Source of the DNA: Anaerolineae bacterium
GTDB taxonomy: Bacteria; Chloroflexota; Anaerolineae; B4-G1
Assembly (NCBI GenBank): GCA_035531135.1
Contig: DATKTN010000224.1
Span: forward strand, 1-25,635
Direction of reading: 5' to 3'
DNA length: 25,635 nucleotides
This document shows positions 15,604 through 23,035 of the stretch, piece after piece. The position numbers and the translations under genes were made by a program. Each line of letters begins with the position of its first letter. Position 1 is the first letter of the stretch. The notes under the pieces were generated by a model that made no database searches, had not been told where the DNA came from, and worked only from the letters and a program-made list of their open reading frames with translations.

Positions 15604-17478
15604 ATGCGACGCTGTACCTCGATCATCCTGCTGACCCTGATCGCAGCTCTGGCGTTGGCCGGGGTGGCCCACGCCCAGAGCCAGTCCCTGTATTGGGACC
15701 GTTTCGACGTGAATATCACCGTCCTTCCCAACGGCGATTTCGTCGTCGAGGAGGTACAGGCGATCGTCTTTACCAGCGGGGAGTTCCACTTTGGCTATCG
15801 CAACATCCCGATGGACCGGCTGGAGCATATCACTGACGTGGGGGTGTGGGAGGGCGACCGGCGGTATGAGCCGGGTCAAGGCACTGCGTATACGTTCCAG
15901 ACGTCTGTGGACGAGGGGGATTTCGTCATCCAGTGGTACTTTCCCTACACCTCCAACTCCTCTCACACCTTTGTCCTCCGCTACACCGTCCAGGGGGGCC
16001 TGCGCTACTATGACGGCGGCGATCAACTGTTCTGGAAAGCGGTCTACGCCGACCGGGATTTCCCCGTCAACAACTCTACCGTCACGGTCCAATTGCCGGG
16101 TGGGGCGGCGGCCGATCCCGTGGCTGCGTATGGCGCCGAGGCGGTAATAGATGGCCGGGGTAGCAGCACCGTCGTCTTCACGGCCCAGGAGACGCTCGAT
16201 TCGGGACAGGAGTTTGAGGTGCGGGCTCAGTTTCCTCACGGGATCGTGCAGGGCACGCCGCCTGGCTGGCAGGCGGCGTTTGACCGGAAGGCCGAGTGGA
16301 AGGAGGGCCCCAAGCCGGTGGTTGACCTGGGGTTGGGCCTGCTCGGGGCGCTGATCACGATCGGCGGCCCGCTTGGCCTCCTGCTGCTGTGGTATCTGCG
16401 CGGGCGCGACCCCAAGGTCGTTCTCCCGGCGGCCTATCTGACCGAGCCGCCTGCCGACGACCGGCCTGGCATGGCCGGTACGCTGGTCGACGAGAAGGCC
16501 GACATGCAGGACATCATCGCCACGCTGGTGGACCTGGCGCGGCGGGGGTACCTCACGATTGAGGAGGAAAAAAAGTCCGGCCTGTTCGGCGCGAGCAACT
16601 TTGATTTCACCTTCCGCCGCACCGACAAGCCGGCCGATGACCTGCTGCACTATGAGCAGAAGCTGCTGAGCAGCGTGTTCGGCAGGCGCACGGACCGGCG
16701 TATGTCCGACCTGCGCAATCGCTTTTACAAACACGTCCCCAAGATCAAGCGCTATCTGTACGACGAGATCGTCAAGCGGGGCTACTTCCGGGCCAACCCC
16801 GACAAGCTTCGCAACCGGTACCTGGGTGTAGGGATCGGGCTGTTGGTCGGGATCTTGGCGCTGGGTATCTGCTTGCTCGTTGCGCTGTCGGAGTATACGG
16901 TCATGACGATCTGCCCGGCGATCGGGATCGGCGTTACGGCCATCGGGATCATCGTCGTCGGCCGGTTCATGCCGGCCAAGTCGCGCCAGGGAGCCGAGCA
17001 GGCGGCCCGGTGGAGGGCCTTCAAGCGGTATCTGCAGGAGATCGAGCGCTACACCGACCTGAGCCAGGCGACCGACCAGTTCGAGAGATATCTGCCCTAC
17101 GCGATCGCGTTTGGGCTGGACCGGGGCTGGGTGAGCAAGTTCTCGCGGCTGGAGACCGCCCAGGTGCCGATGCCGATCTGGTACATGCCGACGCCGGTGT
17201 ACACCGACGGCGGGGGGCGAGCGCCGGGCCTGGGCAGGGCGGCGGGTGCCGGCAGGGCCGCGGGTGCTGGCGGTGCTGCGCCCTCGCTCCAATCGATGTC
17301 CGATGGCCTGTCGGGCGGGCTACAGAGCATGTCCGACGGGCTGACCTCTATGCTCAACTCGGCGGGCAAGACGTTTGCCAGCGCGCCCAGCAGCTCCGGG
17401 GGCGGCGGTGGCGGCTTCTCCGGCGGTGGGGGCGGTGGGGGCGGTGGCGGAGGCGGCGGTGGCGGCGGATTTGGGTAG
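15604..17478 (+). CDS. DUF2207-family membrane protein (signal peptide, extracytoplasmic domain, transmembrane region, Gly-rich C-terminal tail)
   Basis: AGGAG lies 9 nt before the ATG. A TATAAT is at 15563-15568, though its -35 is weak. The signal peptide ends LALAGVAHA. The N-terminal domain is followed by transmembrane helices. The GGGGGGFSGGGGGGGGGGGGGGGGFG tail is characteristic of the DUF2207 family as I recall it. Confidence 0.7.
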   Translation: MRRCTSIILLTLIAALALAGVAHAQSQSLYWDRFDVNITVLPNGDFVVEEVQAIVFTSGEFHFGYRNIPMDRLEHITDVGVWEGDRRYEPGQGTAYTFQTSVDEGDFVIQWYFPYTSNSSHTFVLRYTVQGGLRYYDGGDQLFWKAVYADRDFPVNNSTVTVQLPGGAAADPVAAYGAEAVIDGRGSSTVVFTAQETLDSGQEFEVRAQFPHGIVQGTPPGWQAAFDRKAEWKEGPKPVVDLGLGLLGALITIGGPLGLLLLWYLRGRDPKVVLPAAYLTEPPADDRPGMAGTLVDEKADMQDIIATLVDLARRGYLTIEEEKKSGLFGASNFDFTFRRTDKPADDLLHYEQKLLSSVFGRRTDRRMSDLRNRFYKHVPKIKRYLYDEIVKRGYFRANPDKLRNRYLGVGIGLLVGILALGICLLVALSEYTVMTICPAIGIGVTAIGIIVVGRFMPAKSRQGAEQAARWRAFKRYLQEIERYTDLSQATDQFERYLPYAIAFGLDRGWVSKFSRLETAQVPMPIWYMPTPVYTDGGGRAPGLGRAAGAGRAAGAGGAAPSLQSMSDGLSGGLQSMSDGLTSMLNSAGKTFASAPSSSGGGGGGFSGGGGGGGGGGGGGGGGFG

Positions 17479-17750
17479 GTCGTCCCGGTGGTCCAGGATC
17501 AGTGAGGAGTGGAGCATCCCCAGATGCGGAACGGTGGCCGCGAGAGCCGTTCGCACGTGGGCGTGCTCACTCCTCTGTTGAAGAAGCACTGGAGATGAGG
17601 GAGGCGGCGGTGGCGGCGGATTTGGGTAGGTCGTCTCGGCGGTCCAGGATCGGTGAGGAGTGGAGCATCCCCAGATGCGGAACGGTGGCTGCGAGAGCCG
17701 TTCGCACGTGGGCGTGCTCACTCCTCTGTTGAAGAAGCACTGGGGATGAG
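17449..17750 (+). repeat. Tandem duplication (2 copies of about 150 bp with about 5 mismatches) of the last ~30 bp of the DUF2207 gene plus a structured downstream segment
   Basis: Copy 1 spans about 17449-17599 and copy 2 about 17600-17750. Each copy can fold into an imperfect 12-bp outer stem (GAGGAGTGGAGCA / TGCTCACTCCTC) enclosing an inner hairpin (GAACGG-N12-CCGTTC). Confidence 0.85.
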
Positions 17751-17802
17751 AGATGCGGGTAGTGTATGATCCCAAGACGGACACGCTGAGGAGACAACAC
17801 GG

Positions 17803-18324
17803 ATGAACACAGGCAAGACTATTGGGTTGGTCCTGATCGTCGTCGGAGTCGGCGTCTGCCTGCTGAGTGCGCTGTGGGTCGGCGTGGGCTACGCCTCGGG
17901 CAACTATACCAGCGTCGCTGCGCCCGTGCTGGGGCTGGGGCTGGCGTTTATCGTCGCCGCTCCCATCGTGGGCGTGGGCGTCTTTCTGTTGATCCGGGGC
18001 CGGCGGGAGGCCGCCGAGTTCGCCGAGGTCGAGAAGGAGCGCAGGCTGCTCGGGATGGTGCAGGCCCAGGGCCAGGTCCGGATCTCGGACGTGGCGCTCG
18101 AACTGGACGCCAGCCGGGACCGGGTCAAGGAGTGGATCTATGACCTGGTGCACAAGGGGCTGTTCGCCGGCTACATCAACTGGGACGAAGGCACACTGTA
18201 CTCCCGTGACGCGGCCCAACTGCACGGCAACAAGTGCCCCAATTGCGGCGGCGAAGTCGAGCTGGCCGGCAAGGGCGTGGTCAAGTGCCCCTACTGCGGG
18301 GCGGAGATATTCTTGACAGGCTGA
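17803..18324 (+). CDS. Membrane protein with two N-terminal transmembrane helices, a winged-helix-like middle region and a C-terminal zinc ribbon
   Basis: GAGGAG lies 8 nt before the ATG. The N terminus is hydrophobic (IGLVLIVVGVGVCLLSALWVGVGY ... LAFIVAAPIVGVGVFLLI). The C-terminal CPNCGG-x14-CPYCG motif is a four-Cys zinc ribbon. Confidence 0.6.
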   Translation: MNTGKTIGLVLIVVGVGVCLLSALWVGVGYASGNYTSVAAPVLGLGLAFIVAAPIVGVGVFLLIRGRREAAEFAEVEKERRLLGMVQAQGQVRISDVALELDASRDRVKEWIYDLVHKGLFAGYINWDEGTLYSRDAAQLHGNKCPNCGGEVELAGKGVVKCPYCGAEIFLTG

Positions 18325-18420
18325 GGAGGTGCAACCGGACACACGTCCGTTGCGTAGTATTGGTTGGACGATCCAGGCTGGTGAAGGATGCCAGCGACCA
18401 AGAGTAAGGAGGTTTACAGA

Positions 18421-18942
18421 ATGGGGGACATCTACGAGAAGGTGAAGGACAGCCGCTCAGCGCTGGAGAAATTGCTCGACGCCATACCCGGCTGGGGCGG
18501 GTACCAGGAGCGCCAGAACCGGCGCAAGGCCGATCAACTCCTGCGCCAGACGCTGGCCGAGAAGCTGGCCGATCAGCGCCGGAAGATCGACGTGGCGCAG
18601 AAGGATCTGATCGGTCACGGCCGGATCGACCTGGTGGACGACCTGGGCAGCGCCGTGACGCAACTCCAGACCTTTATCGACCGCGTCCGCTTCGCCAGTT
18701 ATGGCTACTCGGGGCTGTTGGACGCCGTGAGGATCAACCAGCCTGAGCTGGAGCAGATGTATAGCTTTGACGCGGCGCTGTTCGAGTACGTGGAGCGATT
18801 GGACACGGCGAACGGCCGTCTGCGGGAGGCCATCCCCAGTGGCGAGGGGCTGGTCGAGACGATCCGCGTCGTCCAGGACATCTGCCGTGAAGCCAACAGC
18901 ACGTTCGATCAGCGCGAGCATCTCATGCTGGGAAGCGTGTAG
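18421..18942 (+). CDS. Hypothetical helical/coiled-coil protein (173 aa)
   Basis: AGGAGG lies 8 nt before the ATG at 18421. The ORF-track start at 18388 lacks an RBS and was rejected. Charged heptad-like segments are present and there is no transmembrane helix. I did not recognise the family. Confidence 0.5.
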   Translation: MGDIYEKVKDSRSALEKLLDAIPGWGGYQERQNRRKADQLLRQTLAEKLADQRRKIDVAQKDLIGHGRIDLVDDLGSAVTQLQTFIDRVRFASYGYSGLLDAVRINQPELEQMYSFDAALFEYVERLDTANGRLREAIPSGEGLVETIRVVQDICREANSTFDQREHLMLGSV

Positions 18943-18984
18943 GGGCGGTCTGAGCGCCCCGTCAAAATGAGGAGGTGAGGTACG

Positions 18985-20004
18985 ATGGCACGAATTTTCG
19001 ACATTGTGCAGTTTGTGGACGAAACCAGCACAGAGATGGTGCACCGTATTCCCGAGCGGGGTTCGGGTGACTTTCGCATCGGGTCGCAGGTGATCGTTCG
19101 CGACAGCCAGGCGGCCGTCTTCTTCCGCGATGGCCGGGCGTTGGACGTGTTCGGTCCAGGCCCCCACACGATCGCCACCGCCAACATCCCGTACCTGGTG
19201 GACTTGATCGGGAAGGCGTTCTCGGGTGAGACCCCCTTCAAGGCGGAGGTCTTCTTTGTCAGCCTGCGCGAGTTCACGGACCTGAAGTGGGGCACCCCGA
19301 CGCCGATCACGATCCCTGATCCGGTCCTGCGCATGGCCCGCGTGCAGGCGCGCGGCTCCTTCGCCGTGCAGGTCGCGGACCCGCAGCTCTTTGTCAACAA
19401 GATCGTCGGCACGCAGGGCATCTACCGCACGCCCGATATCCAGGGTTTCCTGCGCTCCATGATCCTGACCAAGCTGACCGACCTGGTGGGCGAGATGGGC
19501 AAGTCGGTGCTCGAACTGGCCGGCATGGCGGAAGAGCTGACGATGGGGGTACGGGCCAAGACGGCCGAGGAGTTCGCCTCCCGCGGGCTGGAACTGACTT
19601 CGGTCTACGTCGAGTACATTGGACCGACCGAGGAGACGGCCAAGGCGATCGACGAGGCCGCTTCGATGGGCGCGCTGGGCGACATGGGCGCGTACATGCA
19701 GTTCCAGGCGGCGCGGGCGATGCGCGACGCGGCCCAGCAGCCCGGTGGCGAGGCCGGCACGGGGGTGGGCCTGGGCGCAGGCATCGGCATGGGCGCGACG
19801 ATGGCGCAGATGTTGAGCCAGAGCATGCAGCAGCCAGCCCAGCCGGCCGCTCCCGCAACCCCTGCCGCCCCCACGACCGCCGCGGAGGTCCAGGCCACGC
19901 TGGACAGCCTGGACATGCGGCTGGCCGCGGGCGAGATCAGCGAGGAGACCTACAGCAAGCTGATCGCCAAGTGGGAGGCCCGGCTGAAGGGATTGGGCGG
20001 ATAA
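18985..20004 (+). CDS. SPFH/Band-7-like protein (COG4260 / Band_7_1-type) with a C-terminal SHOCT-like domain
   Basis: The N terminus (FDIVQFVDETSTEMVHRIPERGSGDFRIGSQVIVRDSQAAVFFRDGRALDVFGPGPHT ... NIPYL) matches the conserved N terminus of the COG4260 family, members of which are often mis-annotated as virion core protein. A Gly/Ala/Met-rich linker follows. The C-terminal DSLDMRLAAGEISEETYSKLIAKWEARL segment resembles a SHOCT domain. The RBS is GAGGTGAGG. Confidence 0.7.
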   Translation: MARIFDIVQFVDETSTEMVHRIPERGSGDFRIGSQVIVRDSQAAVFFRDGRALDVFGPGPHTIATANIPYLVDLIGKAFSGETPFKAEVFFVSLREFTDLKWGTPTPITIPDPVLRMARVQARGSFAVQVADPQLFVNKIVGTQGIYRTPDIQGFLRSMILTKLTDLVGEMGKSVLELAGMAEELTMGVRAKTAEEFASRGLELTSVYVEYIGPTEETAKAIDEAASMGALGDMGAYMQFQAARAMRDAAQQPGGEAGTGVGLGAGIGMGATMAQMLSQSMQQPAQPAAPATPAAPTTAAEVQATLDSLDMRLAAGEISEETYSKLIAKWEARLKGLGG

Positions 20005-20025
20005 CGTCAGAGAGCCCCGGACCAG

Positions 20026-20143
20026 GGTGCCTGGCACCTGGGCCGTGTGAGCGTTGTCCAGGACTTGTCCTCAAGGACCAGGTTGTCGCTCTACGAACCT
20101 GTGTTAGAAGGTGCCAGGCACCTCAAGTAAGGTGCCTGGCACC
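20026..20143. repeat. Three copies of the palindromic 13-mer GGTGCCWGGCACC in the convergent intergenic region
   Basis: Copies lie at 20026-20038, 20110-20122 and 20131-20143. Copies 2 and 3 can pair as a hairpin of about 15 bp (AGGTGCCAGGCACCT-caagta-AGGTGCCTGGCACC). Smaller palindromes are also present (GTCCAGGAC, GTCCTCAAGGAC). They are likely bidirectional terminators. Confidence 0.55.
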
Positions 20144-20151
20144 CCAGCGGG

Positions 20152-20859
20152 CTACTGGTCGTCCGCCTGTTGTGGCGCGACGCCGGTGGCTTCCGCCAGC
20201 CAGTGCTGCGTCGCACCCGGCAGTGGCTTGAGTTTTCCCGGTCCCCGCAGCCAGGCCTTGACTTTCTTGCCGTAGAAGGCCGGTATTGGCGAGCCGGCGG
20301 CGTCCAGCTTGACCTCGGGATTGACGAAGACGATGGCCGCTCGCACGGGCACCTCGGCGTCGGGCTGCTGGCTGGCCAGCCAGCGCTCCAGCTTGTGCAC
20401 CTGTGCCTCGGCCTCGACGTGGGGGAGGCCCACCGCCTCCTGGCCCGCGAACTGGCGAAAGAACTTGCCCCGCTGGCGGTGTTTCCACCGGCCGTCCTCG
20501 TAGGTCACCTGCCCTCCGTGTGGCTTGACGGCGAAGACGGTGCAGCCCCCGGGTTCGACCAGGACGTGAGCGGCAGGGAGGACATAGTGCAGGAGCGCGT
20601 AACTGTCGTCCAGTCCCTTGAGTGCTTTCGTCAACGCGGTGTGGCGGGCCAACGGGCCGGCGAACCGGTCGGCGAAAAAGCCGCCCACAATCGAGAGCCC
20701 GAGGCCCAGCGCCACGCACACGAGCATCACCGTGAGCCACTCCGGCTTGATGAAGGAGATGATCAGGCCGGCCAACAGCACCAGTAGTCCACCCAGTGTC
20801 ACGTACTGCCCGACGAAACCCAGCCTGCGGATGCGGCGTTCGTTGCGAATGATGCGCAT
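20152..20859 (-). CDS. NERD-domain (nuclease-related domain) protein with two N-terminal transmembrane helices
   Basis: A NERD-like core is present (HYVLPAAHVLVEPGGCTVFAVKPHGGQVTY). The N terminus is hydrophobic. The ATG at 20859 lies 2 nt after the plsX stop, and AAGAGGAG sits inside the plsX 3' end. Confidence 0.65.
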   Translation of the reverse strand: MRIIRNERRIRRLGFVGQYVTLGGLLVLLAGLIISFIKPEWLTVMLVCVALGLGLSIVGGFFADRFAGPLARHTALTKALKGLDDSYALLHYVLPAAHVLVEPGGCTVFAVKPHGGQVTYEDGRWKHRQRGKFFRQFAGQEAVGLPHVEAEAQVHKLERWLASQQPDAEVPVRAAIVFVNPEVKLDAAGSPIPAFYGKKVKAWLRGPGKLKPLPGATQHWLAEATGVAPQQADDQ

Positions 20860-20861
20860 GA

Positions 20862-21866
20862 TTACTCCTCTTGGATGTCTGCCAGTCCGTCGCGGATGGC
20901 GTCCACGACCCCGCCTCGCACCGCCTTGCGCGCCTGCCCGATGGCGTTCTTGATCGCGCGGGCGTTGGAGCGCCCGTGGGCCACGATCACGACGCCGTTC
21001 ACGCCCAGCAGCGGTCCCCCGCCGACCTCGAAGGGGTCCACCCGCCGCGCCACCCGGCCAAAGGCCGGTTTCGCCAACAGCCCGCCGACCGCCGTCACCG
21101 GGCTGGCCTTGATCTCGTCGCGGATGAGGTCGGTCAGCATCTTGGCCGTGGCCTCCAGCGTCTTGATAAACACGTTGCCGGTGAAGCCATCGGCGACGAC
21201 GACGTCGGCGTGGTGGGCGATCGCCTCCTTGGGCTCAAGGTTGCCGATGAAATTCAGGCCCGAGTGGGCGAGCAGTTCGGAAGCGTCCTTCACCAGCGTG
21301 TTCCCCTTGCCCGGCTCCTCGCCGTTGGAGAGGAGCGCCACGCGGGGGCTGGTGCGGCCCAGCACAGCCCGGGCGTAGATGTCGCCCATCAGCGCGAACT
21401 GGAGCAGGTACTCGGGCCGGCAGTCGGCGTTGGCACCGATGTCGAGCGCGACGACGTGGCCGGCGGGCAGTGGTATGATCGCGGTCATCGCCGGGCGCTT
21501 GACGCCGCGGATGCGCCGCAGCGTGTGGAGCGTGGCCACCGCCAGGACGCCGCCCGTGTTGCCGGCGGTCACGTAGGCGTCGGCCTGGCCGTCGCGCACC
21601 AGCCCCATGCCTGCGTGCATCGACGAGTTCTTCTTCGCGCGCGCGGCCTGGGCCGGCTTGTCGTCCATCTCGATGACCTCGGGCGCGTGGACGATCTCCA
21701 GGTTGAGCCCGGCGGTGTCGTGGCCAGCCAGTTCCTTCCGGATCGCCTCCTCGCGCCCGACGAGGATGATCTCATCGTCACCCCATTCCCGCGCCGCCTG
21801 CACCGCCCCCGCGACGTCGGGGACGGGATATTCATCGGTGCCCATCGCATCGAGAACGATTCTCAT
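20862..21866 (-). CDS. plsX: Phosphate acyltransferase PlsX
   Basis: Full-length match to the PlsX family (MRIVLDAMGTDEYP ... ADVVVADGFTGNVFIKTLE ... GGPLLGVNGVVIVAHGRS). AGGAGAG lies 6 nt before the ATG. Confidence 0.9.
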   Translation of the reverse strand: MRIVLDAMGTDEYPVPDVAGAVQAAREWGDDEIILVGREEAIRKELAGHDTAGLNLEIVHAPEVIEMDDKPAQAARAKKNSSMHAGMGLVRDGQADAYVTAGNTGGVLAVATLHTLRRIRGVKRPAMTAIIPLPAGHVVALDIGANADCRPEYLLQFALMGDIYARAVLGRTSPRVALLSNGEEPGKGNTLVKDASELLAHSGLNFIGNLEPKEAIAHHADVVVADGFTGNVFIKTLEATAKMLTDLIRDEIKASPVTAVGGLLAKPAFGRVARRVDPFEVGGGPLLGVNGVVIVAHGRSNARAIKNAIGQARKAVRGGVVDAIRDGLADIQEE

Positions 21867-21896
21867 TGGTCACTCTCCTGTCGCTTGGATCACGGT

Positions 21897-21939
21897 AGAC
21901 CTGACAGGTTTCACAGCCCACTGGAAACCTGTCAGGTCT
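21897..21939. promoter_or_regulatory. 15-16-bp perfect inverted repeat (GACCTGACAGGTTTC-N11-GAAACCTGTCAGGTC) immediately upstream of the plsX RBS
   Basis: Read directly from the sequence. On the minus strand it overlaps a putative promoter, TTGCAC (21969..21964)-17-TACAAT (21946..21941). It is either an operator overlapping +1 or a terminator/attenuator hairpin for the upstream yjbQ-like gene. Confidence 0.5.
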
Positions 21940-21972
21940 GATTGTACACTGACAGCCCAACCCGTGCAAGTC

Positions 21973-22392
21973 CTATTCGCCGATGATCTTGACCAGGACG
22001 CGCTTCCGACGACGCCCGTCGAACTCGCCGTAGAAAATCTGCTCCCACGGGCCAAAGTCGAGCCGGCCGTCCGTGACCGCGACGACGACCTCGCGGCCCA
22101 TGACCTGGCGCTTCAGGTGGGCATCGGCGTTGTCCTCGCCGGTGCGGTTGTGGCGGTACTGGCTGACTGGCTCGTGAGGGGCCAGCTCCTCCAGCCAGTC
22201 GTCATAGTCCTGGTGGAGCCCACGCTCGTCGTCGTTGATGAACACCGAAGCGGTGATGTGCATCGCGTTCACCAGCACCAGTCCCTCCTGGATGCCGCTT
22301 TCGCGCAGGCACGTTTCGACTTCTGGCGTGATGTTGATGAACGCCCGGCGCGTGGGGACGTTGAACCAGAGCTCTTTGCGATAGCTTTGCAT
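21973..22392 (-). CDS. YjbQ/UPF0047-family protein (secondary thiamine-phosphate synthase-like)
   Basis: The 139-aa core ([25 protein letters not shown] ... [28 protein letters not shown] ... [46 protein letters not shown]) matches the YjbQ family. GGAGGA lies 7 nt before the ATG at 22392. The ORF-track extension to 22794 was rejected. Confidence 0.75.
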   Translation of the reverse strand: MQSYRKELWFNVPTRRAFINITPEVETCLRESGIQEGLVLVNAMHITASVFINDDERGLHQDYDDWLEELAPHEPVSQYRHNRTGEDNADAHLKRQVMGREVVVAVTDGRLDFGPWEQIFYGEFDGRRRKRVLVKIIGE

Positions 22393-22480
22393 AGGGGGTT
22401 CCTCCTTCGCTATGGATGCCCGAACGACTCGACTGAGCTCGCCGAAGTCTTGTTCGGGTCGTCCTCTCGCCCATAGTCCG

Positions 22481-22508
22481 ATTGTACACGACGTGCTCTG
22501 CTGCGCAA
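22481..22508 (-). promoter_or_regulatory. Putative yjbQ promoter (minus strand: TTGCGC-16-TACAAT)
   Basis: The -35 is at 22508..22503 and the -10 at 22486..22481. An extended GTGTACAATC motif recurs upstream of plsX. The roughly 80-nt leader contains the stem CCCGAAC/GTTCGGG at 22419-22458. Confidence 0.4.
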
Positions 22509-22624
22509 GTCTACCGGACCTTCCCGAAAGCTCCCGGTGGGTATCTGGGGGACGGCTGCGCTTCTTGAGACATCTCATGGACACTCGTGTCTCGTGTGAA
22601 GCTTTCGGGAAGGTTGAGTTGAAG

Positions 22625-22652
22625 TTGACAAGTGACGCGGGCGGAGTATAAT
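22625..22652 (+). promoter_or_regulatory. Sigma70-type promoter TTGACA-16-TATAAT driving tRNA-Leu
   Basis: The -35 is at 22625-22630 and the -10 at 22647-22652. The tRNA starts 10 nt downstream. Confidence 0.7.
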
Positions 22653-22661
22653 AGGTCGCGC

Positions 22662-22745
22662 GCCCCGGTGGCGGAATTAGGCATACGCGGCAGGTTGAGG
22701 GCCTGTGCCTTTTTAGGCGTGCTGGTTCGAATCCAGTCCGGGGCA
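22662..22745 (+). tRNA. tRNA-Leu (anticodon GAG), class II
   Basis: The acceptor stem is GCCCCGG/CCGGGGC. The anticodon stem GCAGG/CCTGT carries the loop TTGAGGG. The variable stem-loop is GCC-TTTTTA-GGC. The T arm is GCTGG-TTCGAAT-CCAGT. The discriminator is A, and CCA is not encoded. Confidence 0.75.
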
Positions 22746-22749
22746 TCGA

Positions 22750-22783
22750 GGGGGCAGAAGAGATCTGCCCCCTTTTCGTTTCC
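22750..22783 (+). terminator. Rho-independent terminator (GGGGGCAGA-agaga-TCTGCCCCC followed by TTTTCGTTTCC)
   Basis: A perfect 9-bp stem with a T-rich tail immediately after tRNA-Leu. Confidence 0.75.
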
Positions 22784-23035
22784 CGCTCCACCAATCCACC
22801 ATCTGGCCCTCGTGGTGGATCTACTGTCTCCTACTTTCTCTTCGCATAGTCATTACGGCCTGCAGATTCGTCCTCCTGTCGATGAACCCGGACGGGAACA
22901 CAGGCTATGCGAACACCTTTGCTGCCGTTCTCCGGTCATCGCATTCGACTCAGCTTGGGGGCAGGCTAGCCGTCGGCCGCACCTGAAGAGCCGGTGCTGG
23001 GATGAGCGCCGCCTGTTCCACGGCGGCAGTCGTTG

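Noticed and set aside
15556-17292. 578-aa minus-strand ORF
   Set aside because: It is antisense to the DUF2207 gene, which has a signal peptide, RBS and characteristic tail. It has no RBS and low-complexity composition.
17449-17750. Possible CRISPR-like array at the tandem repeat
   Set aside because: There are only two long (~150-bp) units that are directly adjacent, with no unique spacers between short repeats and no cas genes anywhere in the window.
18457-20037. 526-aa minus-strand ORF
   Set aside because: It is antisense to two plus-strand genes with strong RBSs and recognisable domains (SPFH/SHOCT). It is a shadow ORF.
20871-22476. Plus-strand ORFs 20871-21941 (356 aa) and 21607-22476 (289 aa)
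   Set aside because: They are antisense to plsX and the yjbQ-like gene, and have no RBS.
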